Shown here piece after piece: positions 12,499-22,645 of a DNA stretch of 64,000 bases (positions are counted from its first letter, which is position 1; the number at the start of each line of letters is the position of its first letter). Origin of the DNA: a virus; the IMG/VR virus record IMGVR_UViG_3300046453_000063, positions 1 through 64,000 of that record; one strand, 5' to 3'. Below the pieces are notes generated by a model that did no database searches, had not been told where the DNA came from, and was given only the letters and a program-made list of their open reading frames with translations. Both the position numbers and the translations under genes were made by a program.

Positions 12499-15400
12499 TT
12501 GAGTCAAATGAAGTATTATGGTGGTGTAAATTATTCCAATTTGAATGGAGAGATTTCAATCATGAAAGACAACCTAATTCAATTGACTACATACAATCAA
12601 TTTGGTGAGTTTAGTTTCTATGTTGATCCTAAGCAGATTAGAGCCTACCTGGATAGTATTTTGTCTGAAGTTGAGGTAGAACAGTTTCTCGAAGAATGTA
12701 CATTTAAGGATACTAGAATGTTGTTTGATTGGATTAAGAGTGAATCCTTAAAGAAGGTAGAGTAAGGGGAAGGGGGGGGAGACCATGGAATCAAAGGTTC
12801 CAACTATTGAGGAGTACAAGGAAGCCCTTAATTGGATAGTTGATCAATTTGAAAAAGTACTAGCAGGAGAAAAGGCAGGGAATGTAGTCGAGAGCCTGTC
12901 ATATGCCAAGTCATTGTTAAAATCTTGATAAATGTTTACTTTTAAAGACAAAGGAGATATAAAAATGCAGCTTTATCAATTTTGGTGGCGCGAAGCATGG
13001 GAAGAAGAAACAGGAGAGCCTTTGGCTCATGAAAAGGTATTCTCCAGGGAAGAATTAGCAGGATTTATAAAAGAATCGAATTATATGTCAAGCATCGAAA
13101 AACTTGAGAATTTCTTAATTGAAGAAAAAGGTTTTTACAAGCCCAATTGCATCAGAGTGGATGCAGATGATCCACTAAAAGCTTGATAAAAGCTTGATTT
13201 GATCAGAAAGTTGGTGACTGGTTGAAGTGTGAACATAAGCATATTGCAGTTGTTTTTGCAGCAGGCAAAGAATTGGATAGTGGAGGAATTGAAAAGGATC
13301 TTGTGGTTGATTGCTCAGATTGCCATGAAGAGTTGTTTAGAATGTCCGTTTATCATAAGCAAATATTTAATCTTTTGCCAGATTGAATAAATGAAATTTA
13401 AATCCACAAGAAAGGGAAGTGAAAAAATGGCGTTTGTGATAGTGATCCGAGATGTTGGAAACCCACATGCAGATTTTTACGCTGGTGGAACATATCAATG
13501 TGAACGAGAAATCTATCCAGTGACAGCATTAGGTGATACGGACGCTAAAATATACCGTACTCGTAGAATGGCAGAAAGAGCGGCTGACGGACTTGATAAG
13601 AGAACACGTTTTATCTATACGGTAGTTGAGCTGCCTGAATAATGAGGGAGGAGGTTTAGAAAATCCTTATAAACACTGGGTTTTTTGATCACCAAAGTGC
13701 ATGAAAGCCCGATTTCATAAGGGTGAATAATACATTAAAAGGATAATATTTAATGATTAAAACTGATTTTGCATATACTGATTAATTTGAGCAAGAAAGT
13801 CGCACCACAAAAACTTGTACTGAAGCAGTTTTGGAAGAAGGGGTACACTTGATTTTTTAATTGATGAATTCAAATGTTTTTTGTTGGCAGCAGGATTTAT
13901 AAAAAGAACAGGTTGAGAAGATTGGATATATAGAGTAATAAGCACATGAAAGTTCTGTTTTATGAAAAGTAAATATAAGGAGGTATAAATGTGATCAAAG
14001 AAATATACAATTTCAGCCCCGAAGTCTTCCAAGCAAAATTGGGGAATAAAAAGGAGTTGTTATCAAAACTATTTCATGAATACCGCTTCAATAGGTTGTC
14101 TGAAACCAAAGAAGAAATTGAAAATATATTATTCCAAATATGGGATGAAATGGCGACAGAGAATCTACATGAGATTTTCAACAATTTTGCGGACGTAAAA
14201 GATATTAACCTCACTTTATTAAGAAAGGAGAGAATAAATGATACTAAGTAAATACATAGAGAACCAATTGGCAGAACTAATTGAGCCAATGCACAGAGAC
14301 AGCATGTATTGTATGCATCTTGACGGTGGATTTGCTAAAGACGAAGCATATGAACTTGGATTTGGCGTTGTGGAAAATGAATTTTAGAAAGGAGTAAACA
14401 TGAAGAATCAAAGAATCTTAGACAAAGAAGAACTTGATGAATTGTCGGAAATGTGGAAATCGGTATCTGACTTTATGCCACATAGAAATCATACGTGGGC
14501 ATTAGTTTACAGGTTGACAAGTAATGGAGAATATGAGGTGGTTGAGTTTTATATTGATTTTGAAAAAACACTAGAAAATGAAGATCCTGAGTATTTGACA
14601 CCCGAAAGAAAACATGGTGTTTTTGCAACGGAAGAATTTGCTCAATTCTATATCAACTCTGTTTACATGATACAGAGTATCGTTGCTCCAGACACAGTAA
14701 TTGAATAACCGAATGAATCCCTCATTTTACAAAGAAACTTAGGAAGGAGAGCGTATGAAAATAGATGGATATGCAATTTTAGTAGTAAACGAAAATGGAA
14801 CAAAATCGTATGTGGTTGACCATAATAGTCACGATAACAGACTCCAGCATTGCCTTCAATGGGGAGATATGAACCTAGAGGAAGAACTTCTTCCTGATGG
14901 ATTAAATGACTGCTTGGTTATGGTGTTTTTCAATTACACTTCGGTTCGATCAAGTTGTTGGGAATATGATGAGTATGAAGATATTCTAACAATCCAGCAG
15001 CATGTAGTAATGCAAGAGAGCTACAAGGAGTTTTGGAGAGAACAAATATCTTTCACGATTACATATGATGGACACAGAGAGTGCCCAAGAGAGTTTGAAG
15101 ATAAAGACAAAGAAGTGGAAAATTGGGTGGATGAGTTAATAGAAGAATGGGAAGAACTTTATGATGAAGAATTTATACTTCATAAGAAATATGAACATAA
15201 AAATAAGCACGCTCGAACAAATAGTTGGTTATTTGATTCAAAAACCCTTGACTTATAAGGCTTTTTTAGACCACATTTCCTCATGAAAGAGGTATTTTAT
15301 CAAAATATGAAAAGGAGATGTTGTTGTGAGTAAAGTTGTGATCACACAGGAGCAAAAAGAGGTCCTGCTTTATATTTTAAATATTTATAGCAGCGAAGAT

Positions 15401-16462
15401 ATTGTTAGGAAACATGCGTCAGCTAATAATTTTTGGCTTAACCAAAATTGGTCTGAATTAATAAATGTTGAATGTCTGAACCAGTTAAGCGTAGACGAGG
15501 TAATCAAAGCTCTTTATGTGGGATATGAAGTAATTAAGACTCCACAAGAAACGTTGCTCGAATGTCATAATGGTTATTTAGATCACTCTCAAAGGGAATA
15601 TAGTTTTAATGTGGACGAAAAGAGAGGATTTAGAATAGGCATCGCGGTAGCATGTTTTGTGTTGGGTGAAAAGATTGCGGGTATTACTGAATAAATATAA
15701 ATATCATTAGAAAGGTAGTGAATATATGAGCAAAAAGATTGTATTAGTGCTTGATGTTGAAGTTATAGATGATAATTTCGACATCCAAGATATGACTGAT
15801 TCATTCAAACAAGTTCTTGATCACGTAGAAGAAACGTTTATCGAAAACCTCACTCTTTATGAGCAAGAGGATGAAACGTTTGAAGAATTACTAAAAATCA
15901 TCTCACATGAAGAAGGGAAGAGATAAATGGATTATATTCTATTTCATAATTTTGAAGATGGAACGAAAGTGTTTGGATGCTATAGCGACTATGAGGAAGT
16001 AAAAGAAGCCTATGATGATGCCGTAGAACATTACAAGAAACACAAAGTTGCAGTTGAGGTGGGCTTTGCAGAGATTCAGAAAGTACAGACGTTTAATTGG
16101 CCTGAATAATAAAAATAAAAATACATAGAGGTATTAATATGTCTATAGTTTATTTACCTGACAATTCACTTGAGATTATCGCGGATAATAATGATCTTGT
16201 CAAACTCATCAAACAACACATAGGATATGAAATTGCTCAACTTGTAGAGGAATTGTGCAAGTCAGCAGATAGAGAGCAAATTCGAGCAGATAGTGATTTA
16301 TTGAGTTATGAATCTGAGTTAGAAGATAATAAAATAGCTTTTGATGTTTTAGATGATGATATTAATCTTTTACTTCGAGAGTTATCTACTCCAAGAATCA
16401 ACAGGGAGAAAATACGAGACATTGCTAAACAGATGAAGTGTATTGTGCAAGATCAAATGTAG
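12499..16462 (+). other. Cluster of small hypothetical genes delimited by dyad sites
   Basis: ORFs at 12499, 12786, 12932, 13391, 13991, 14400, 14755, 15326, 15726, 15927, 16139. Confidence 0.75.
13753..13938 (+). pseudogene. Decayed small gene between two dyad sites
   Basis: MIKTDFAYTD*FEQESRTTKTCTEAVLEEG/DFLIDEFKCFLLAAGFIK/EQVEKIGYIE*, with one stop and two frameshifts. Confidence 0.5.
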
Positions 16463-16480
16463 AGAAAGGAGTGAATTAAA

Positions 16481-17050
16481 TTGGCACTTGTCAAATGTCC
16501 TATCTGTGAGCAACGCGGACACAAAGAAAATATGATCCAAGAAGATAAAAGATATTATCACGTTGAATACTGCCATGATAAGTGGAAGCGAGACAAAGAA
16601 GCGACAAGGATTGAAAATCAACAATGGGACGATTTATACCAATACATAATCAAGCTGCACGATATTATTGTTCTACCAAAAGGGAACATTACAAGACTAA
16701 AGGATCTGAGAGCAGGATTCGATACTAAGAATGGTAAACGGGAAAGAAAATGGCGTACAGGTGCGGATTTCCTACTGATGCTGGAAGCCTACAAGCTAGC
16801 CGAAGATAGTATCAAATGGTGTATTGTTAATAAGCTAGATGGTAGTAATGATACTAAAGCCATCAATTACGGAATCAGTATTATGATTGATAAACTGAAT
16901 GATGCTTTCGCAAGACGAAAAAAGAGGGAATACCATCAAGAACATCTTGAAAGGACTAAGGTTTCTAATCAGGATATGAGTTTGGATACAGAAAAATTAA
17001 AAAGTAAAAATAATAAGTCAGATGAATTAGATATCAGCGCTTTTCTATAG
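16481..17050 (+). CDS. Zn-finger protein upstream of the helicase (possible loader/initiator accessory)
   Basis: CPIC...H..YC motif; position directly before helicase-primase as in SPbeta-like phages. Confidence 0.45.
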   Translation: MALVKCPICEQRGHKENMIQEDKRYYHVEYCHDKWKRDKEATRIENQQWDDLYQYIIKLHDIIVLPKGNITRLKDLRAGFDTKNGKRERKWRTGADFLLMLEAYKLAEDSIKWCIVNKLDGSNDTKAINYGISIMIDKLNDAFARRKKREYHQEHLERTKVSNQDMSLDTEKLKSKNNKSDELDISAFL

Positions 17051-17062
17051 GGGGAATTATTT

Positions 17063-18562
17063 ATCAACTACATAGACGAATTTGTAACACCATCCAAGAT
17101 ACATGAATCTTTGTTTGTCGGGTATTTGTGGAGTTCTCCAGCCCTTTATGAAAAATATAGAAATCATGAGATTAGCAAGGATACTTTTACTGAACCTATA
17201 TGGTGGTTTTTCTATTATATCGGTAAAGAAATGTACCAAAACGGAATCAGAACGCTGGATGATACTACCGCTTATTCATTTTTAACATCGCGCCCAATCG
17301 AAACAGGGAAGAAGTCTTACTTTGAGTATTATAATCAATATGGCGGTTACAATTCCATCGAAGAAATTAAAGAGGAATGCAGAAGAGATAAAGGAAATGA
17401 TGAGTATCATTTTTCTGAAATTCAGAAGTATGAAAGTTTACGAAAGTTTCAGAGCGAAAGTTTAATTGATGTTACAAATAAGGAGTTAGTCATTAAACTA
17501 ACAAAAATGACTCTGAAGCAAATGCAATCATTCTTCCAATTCAAAACAAGTTCCATCTTCTCACACATCAATTGCGGTGAAGTGGTCGAATACAACCTAA
17601 TTGATGATCTTGGAACTGCTATTGATAAAATGAATGAAGGAGAAGCGATGGGATTGCCTCTTCATGATTCTCCAAGATTGAGTAAAAAGATTAAGGGCTG
17701 GAGAAAGGGAGAGTTAATCTACTTAATCCTCAGTTCGGGCATCGGGAAAAGTTCAATTTTTATGGAAAAATTTATAATGGCATTACTTGAAAACGATGAA
17801 AAAGGCATGATGTATGCGAACGAAGAAAATGTTTGGAAGGCCAGAAACCTCATGCTCGCAACAATTTCATCTAAAATTTTACACAAACCAGTCAATCGAG
17901 AAAAGTTGATCGAGGGGAATTTTGATCAAAAGACAATTGATAAATTGAATGCAGCAAAAGAATGGGTCGAGAAGAAGCCCAAGGATATTATTAAGTTTTA
18001 TGACCTAAAGAAATACCGTGCAGAAGACGTTATAAGCCGCATACAGATGATGAGACCACTCGGGTATGGATATGCCGGATTAGATACATTTAAAGCTTCC
18101 TCATCGGCTGATATGGCTCGATGGGAGGCATTCAGCAATGATGCTCAAGCTATTTTTGACTGTATAAAGGCAGAAGCCAACAATGTAGGTATGCTTGCAA
18201 CTGTGCAATTGAAGATTGGTAAAGAATATCGTTACCTTGATATGAGCGCAATTGGTAAATCACTAGAAATTGTTGAGGTTGCTTCAACGGTTCTAATGGG
18301 TAGATTGATATTCGCGGATGAGTTTCCAGGACGAAAAGAAGCATTGTTTACATATAACTGGAAAATTGATGAGTTTGATGGTAAGTGGAAAAAAGAAGAA
18401 TATAAACTTGATCCTGAAAAAACGTATCTAATCTTATTTATTAATAAAAATCGCTCAGGTGATACATCTGAACAAATTATCTATGAAGTAAACTATGGTA
18501 TAAATTCATTTAAAGAGGTCGCATATAGTCAGATGGGCAAAAAATCGAATTCTCAATTTTAA
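17063..18562 (+). CDS. Replicative DnaB-like helicase
   Basis: Walker A LSSGIGKS, ANEE, TVQ and KNR motifs; frame is open back to ATC 17063 behind a GGGGGA RBS (ORF track start 17111). Confidence 0.85.
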   Translation: MNYIDEFVTPSKIHESLFVGYLWSSPALYEKYRNHEISKDTFTEPIWWFFYYIGKEMYQNGIRTLDDTTAYSFLTSRPIETGKKSYFEYYNQYGGYNSIEEIKEECRRDKGNDEYHFSEIQKYESLRKFQSESLIDVTNKELVIKLTKMTLKQMQSFFQFKTSSIFSHINCGEVVEYNLIDDLGTAIDKMNEGEAMGLPLHDSPRLSKKIKGWRKGELIYLILSSGIGKSSIFMEKFIMALLENDEKGMMYANEENVWKARNLMLATISSKILHKPVNREKLIEGNFDQKTIDKLNAAKEWVEKKPKDIIKFYDLKKYRAEDVISRIQMMRPLGYGYAGLDTFKASSSADMARWEAFSNDAQAIFDCIKAEANNVGMLATVQLKIGKEYRYLDMSAIGKSLEIVEVASTVLMGRLIFADEFPGRKEALFTYNWKIDEFDGKWKKEEYKLDPEKTYLILFINKNRSGDTSEQIIYEVNYGINSFKEVAYSQMGKKSNSQF

Positions 18563-18597
18563 TAAATAGACGCAAATACTCCTATGGGGGAGCCTAA

Positions 18598-19674
18598 ATG
18601 AGCAATAATGATCTAAAATTAATTAAAGATAAGATTCTGGAGGATGGTAAAGTAGGAGAACTTCTTGAACTGATGAGTTGTGAGCATGTTGATAAAAAGA
18701 ATAACCGATATGAAGCGCAATTGCCATCTAAGTTTGAGTCTCCAAATAAACGATCTGTTCAAGTTTATCTTAATGAGTCACTGTCTAGTCGTATCAGAAC
18801 CCTGGGTGAATCAGATATAGACATTTATGGATTAGTATCATACATAGTGTTTGACAAGTATTCGGACGAAGAAAGACGCAATGACCTTCCTAAAGCTAAA
18901 CGATGGATATGTGAAAAATTGGGGTATGCAGAGTTCCTAAATGGATCGCACACCCCATTGCCCACCAATGATCATCTTAAATGGCTTAGAGAGGTCAAAA
19001 AACAGAGAAAAAAGAAACGTAATCTTGAAAATGTAGAGAATCAAATTTATGAAGATGAAGTATTGAATCAATTTATTATGCTGCCGCACAAGTCATATAT
19101 CGATGAGGGTATTGAATATCAAACACAGGTAGAATTCCAGATCGGTTATGATATCAAGAGTCAAAGAATTATCTTCCCGATTCATAATAGTTTCGGGGAG
19201 ATTGTTTCCGTAAAAGGCAGAACAATATTTGAAAATTATGAAGAGCTGGATATTTATAAGTTTCTGTATCTCATCAATTTCAACAAAATGATTGAGCTAT
19301 ACAATTGGCATCGTGCATTATTTTACATCCTTGAATCCAAGGAGGTGATTATATACGAAGCAGAAAAAACATGCTGGCTGAGTAGTCAATATGGTTTTCG
19401 GAATTGTGTAGCTATAAGTGGCGATGACTTGAGCGAGTGGCAAGTAAATATGATTAAGGGACTTGGCAATGAAATAAGTACGGTTATAGCTTTAGATAAA
19501 GATAAATCAATTGATGCAGTGAAAAAGCAAGGTGTCAAATTTGGTAAGACGAGAAACGTATATGCACTGTGGGATAATGTAGGGCTATTTAAGGATAAAG
19601 ATAGTCCGACTGATTTGGGAGAAGAATTTTTTAAGAAGTTTTATTCTGAATGCAAATTTAAGATACATAATTAA
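18598..19674 (+). CDS. DnaG-type DNA primase
   Basis: RIIFPIHN..GEIVSVKGR, YEAEK and toprim ALDKD...DSPTD motifs; follows the helicase. Confidence 0.85.
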   Translation: MSNNDLKLIKDKILEDGKVGELLELMSCEHVDKKNNRYEAQLPSKFESPNKRSVQVYLNESLSSRIRTLGESDIDIYGLVSYIVFDKYSDEERRNDLPKAKRWICEKLGYAEFLNGSHTPLPTNDHLKWLREVKKQRKKKRNLENVENQIYEDEVLNQFIMLPHKSYIDEGIEYQTQVEFQIGYDIKSQRIIFPIHNSFGEIVSVKGRTIFENYEELDIYKFLYLINFNKMIELYNWHRALFYILESKEVIIYEAEKTCWLSSQYGFRNCVAISGDDLSEWQVNMIKGLGNEISTVIALDKDKSIDAVKKQGVKFGKTRNVYALWDNVGLFKDKDSPTDLGEEFFKKFYSECKFKIHN

Positions 19675-19713
19675 GATAAATTACAGGTTTTATTAAAAGA
19701 GAGGACGATTAAA

Positions 19714-20803
19714 TTGTCAAGTAAATTTCCTGTAACATCTGATAAGGAACAATATTTAGTCAAGTTTGATGAGAGTACATTTGATGCAAGATATTTTTCA
19801 TTTCGTTTATATAAAAAGAAGAATTTTTATGGATTTAAAAGAATGAAAAGAGTGGCTAGTATACAGTTGTTTGGAGAAGACTGGAATTATAATTTTGTTG
19901 AAATGGCTAACTATCTTGTACTAGAATATGAATTTCAATTAGAAAAAAGAAACAACACAAAGAAAACAATGCAACAAGAAATTGAATCATTTGAAAAATG
20001 GGATGGGAACATGAATTAAGAAAGAGGTGGGGATAATATTTAATCAGTTTAAAGTTAAAATACAAGATGCAATTGACGAATTGACTACTCAGATTAACTT
20101 TGTAGAGGCTGCAACTAAGTCTCCAGTACTATTATTTACGTCAACCGATAAAGTACTCAAGAATGACAGAGCATCACTATACATTACTCTTGGTTATGAC
20201 AATGGTAAGTTCCGTGAATATATGGCTAATCTAATGAATTCATATTTTTCAAATAACTGTCCGTATAATTTAACCATTAGCCCACGCTCAAAATCACAAA
20301 CATCAATTTTTGCAATTTACAATGAAGATGTTGAGATTGCACAGTTTAATATCTTTGAACAATGGTATGGAATCAGAGACAAGCCGAGTTCAGAAGACGA
20401 CATTATGAAAGAACATCAAAGACTGTCAGATGAGAAAAATAAAGAAATGGCCTTAGTAAATGAACGCATTCAAAAATGGGAGTCAGTATTGGATCACCCA
20501 TACAGATATGTGTACAATTTTTACCTCAAAAATAAAAAACTTAGAGCTAAATCTATTTTTCAATTTATTGATGATTCGATACATCTCTTGTTCAACAAGA
20601 GTTTGATTGATAAAATTAATAACAAAATGGAACAAGAGAAAGATAAGTTGAAGGAAATTAACGCTAGGTATGATAGACACTCATTTGATCCAGAAGAACT
20701 AATTGCATCAAATAAAGAGAAAGAAACATATATAAAATTCTGCGTTGATTTCTTTGAGTTGCATCAATATTCATTACAACAACAGCATCATAGATTATAT
20801 TAA
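19714..20803 (+). other. Two hypothetical genes (19714..20019, 20027..20803)
   Basis: ORF track, RBS. Confidence 0.7.
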
Positions 20804-20824
20804 AAAAGGAGGCATAAGCCTCCC
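20802..20824. terminator. Terminator between convergent genes
   Basis: aaaaaggaggc-ataa-gcctcc hairpin. Confidence 0.6.
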
Positions 20825-20827
20825 ATA

Positions 20828-20989
20828 TCAGTACTCTAAAATTGTGAACTTACCGGAAGCTCTTGCCTCTAAGGCTAAACTTTGAGTATCAAAAGTTTCT
20901 ACCGAAAAGTGAAGATCAGAGCTGCGGCAAATTTTCCATTCATTGTTGCTCTTACTTACATCTTCAACAAAATATTCGTGTGGCATCAT
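20828..20989 (-). CDS. 53-aa hypothetical protein in inverted orientation (not in ORF track)
   Basis: Minus strand gaagggag RBS, ATG at 20989, MMPHEYFVEDVSKSNNEWKICRSSDLHFSVETFDTQSLALEARASGKFTILEY*; TATAAT upstream at 21027-21032. Confidence 0.65.
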   Translation of the reverse strand: MMPHEYFVEDVSKSNNEWKICRSSDLHFSVETFDTQSLALEARASGKFTILEY

Positions 20990-21110
20990 AGTTTCTCACT
21001 CCCTTCGTTTTATGACCTTACTATATATTATAGTTCAAAAAGAAAACAGATATACTAGTCTGAAACCCGCGCCAGTGCTGTGCGAATTTAATTTAAGGAG
21101 GTGAATCGGT

Positions 21111-21790
21111 ATGTCATTTTGCTCACATGGTCATGGTCAAAGTTGTTTCTATTGTGAGAATTGTGAATGTCATTTTGGTATTGAATGTTTAGATGTTCCT
21201 GAATATGTCTACTGTCCTAGATGTGGAAGTGAAGACACCACATCCACAAATGAAAGGTTGGTTGGTAAAGTTTATCGAGAATATGAGTCTGTAGAACAAT
21301 ACGAACAAATGCGCGAAGAGATGCAGGAGTTCAAAAGGATATATAAAGAACTAAATGAAAATGTGTCGCCTTTCAAAACCCTTGATAAATAAGGGTTTTT
21401 TGTACATCGTTTCTTCATAAAATAAAGATTTTACGCAATCTTCAGCCGGGTGTATTTAATAAATAAATATATATCAAGAAACCATTGACATTCATTTAAT
21501 AAATAAATATAATAAGAATATGACATGAGAGAGGGATGATTATCTTGTCTATTACTGAGATCAAAGCATCTGATTTGAAGCTTACCGAAGACGAAAATGC
21601 AGCAAGGTACATTGAAATATGGAGCAATAAATGGGGGAGTAAATTAACAATTGGAGGACTGTATGAGATAAAGAGATCATACGGAAGCCCTCAGATATAT
21701 GGTGACGAAGGGGAAATGTATATTGTAGACGACGAAGGTAAAGATGCATATGGATTTCAAATGTTATGTGATGTTAACTACTATGAATAA
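21111..21790 (+). other. Two small hypothetical genes (21111 Cys-rich, 21536)
   Basis: ORF track, RBS. Confidence 0.7.
21455..21513 (+). promoter_or_regulatory. Consensus SigA promoter with two TTTAATAAATAAATATA repeats
   Basis: TTGACA(21485-21490)-17 bp-TATAAT(21508-21513). Confidence 0.85.
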
Positions 21791-21893
21791 TACATAAATA
21801 TATATAGATAAATTACACCAGTGATCGGACTAGAAAGTGTGGATTCTTATGTTGGTAATAAAGCGGAGTTGCATTGTGATGATGTGACTCCAA

Positions 21894-22595
21894 ATGAAAA
21901 TATATAATACATATGAAGGGAAGCAGGAAATGAAAAAGAACAATAAGGCGTTAACGAACGAATCAGCCTATAGAGGATTCAAGGTAAGAGGTATTGCAAA
22001 CAAGAACGAACTTATAACAGCAATGAGAGCCATGATACCAAATGCACTAAAAGTTAATGATATCGTGTTCGTTTGTATCGGAACGGATAGGTCCACTGGA
22101 GATTCATTGGGGCCATTAGTTGGCAGTTATCTAGAAGGGCTAGGATATAAGAATGTATATGGGACAGTCGATAGTCCAGTACATGCAGTAAACCTAAATG
22201 AAACGATAAATAACCTACCGAATAACAAGGTTGTTATAGCCATTGATGCTTCTCTTGGAAACTCTACAGATGTTGGAAATATATCGTTGATCAAAGGAAG
22301 TCTCAAGCCTGGAGCTGGTGTTGGGAAAGATTTGATTGAAGTAGGAGATTTCTCTCTATGCGGAGTTGTAAATGTAGGTGGTTTTATGGAACATTTTGTT
22401 TTGCAAAATACAAGATTGTCCTTGGTTATGAAATTGGCAAAAGATATCGTTTCGGGCATAACCAACACATTTCCACTCGAAGAAGAAAGCAAACGAAAGA
22501 ATAACGAGAAATTTGTGAGTAGGGCAGATGATATTAGAACGATTACCAAACTAAAGAAAAAAGGATTGAGCGTTGCATATCTTCAAAATACATAA
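21894..22595 (+). CDS. yyaC: Spore protease YyaC (GPR-like, DUF1256)
   Basis: CIGTDRSTGDSLGPLVG, PVHAVNL, IAIDASLG, PGAGVGK, LQNTRLS motifs. Confidence 0.9.
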   Translation: MKIYNTYEGKQEMKKNNKALTNESAYRGFKVRGIANKNELITAMRAMIPNALKVNDIVFVCIGTDRSTGDSLGPLVGSYLEGLGYKNVYGTVDSPVHAVNLNETINNLPNNKVVIAIDASLGNSTDVGNISLIKGSLKPGAGVGKDLIEVGDFSLCGVVNVGGFMEHFVLQNTRLSLVMKLAKDIVSGITNTFPLEEESKRKNNEKFVSRADDIRTITKLKKKGLSVAYLQNT

Positions 22596-22645
22596 TACAT
22601 ATGATTTGATAAAAGTTGGATTTCGTAAAGAAAAGGAGACCATAA

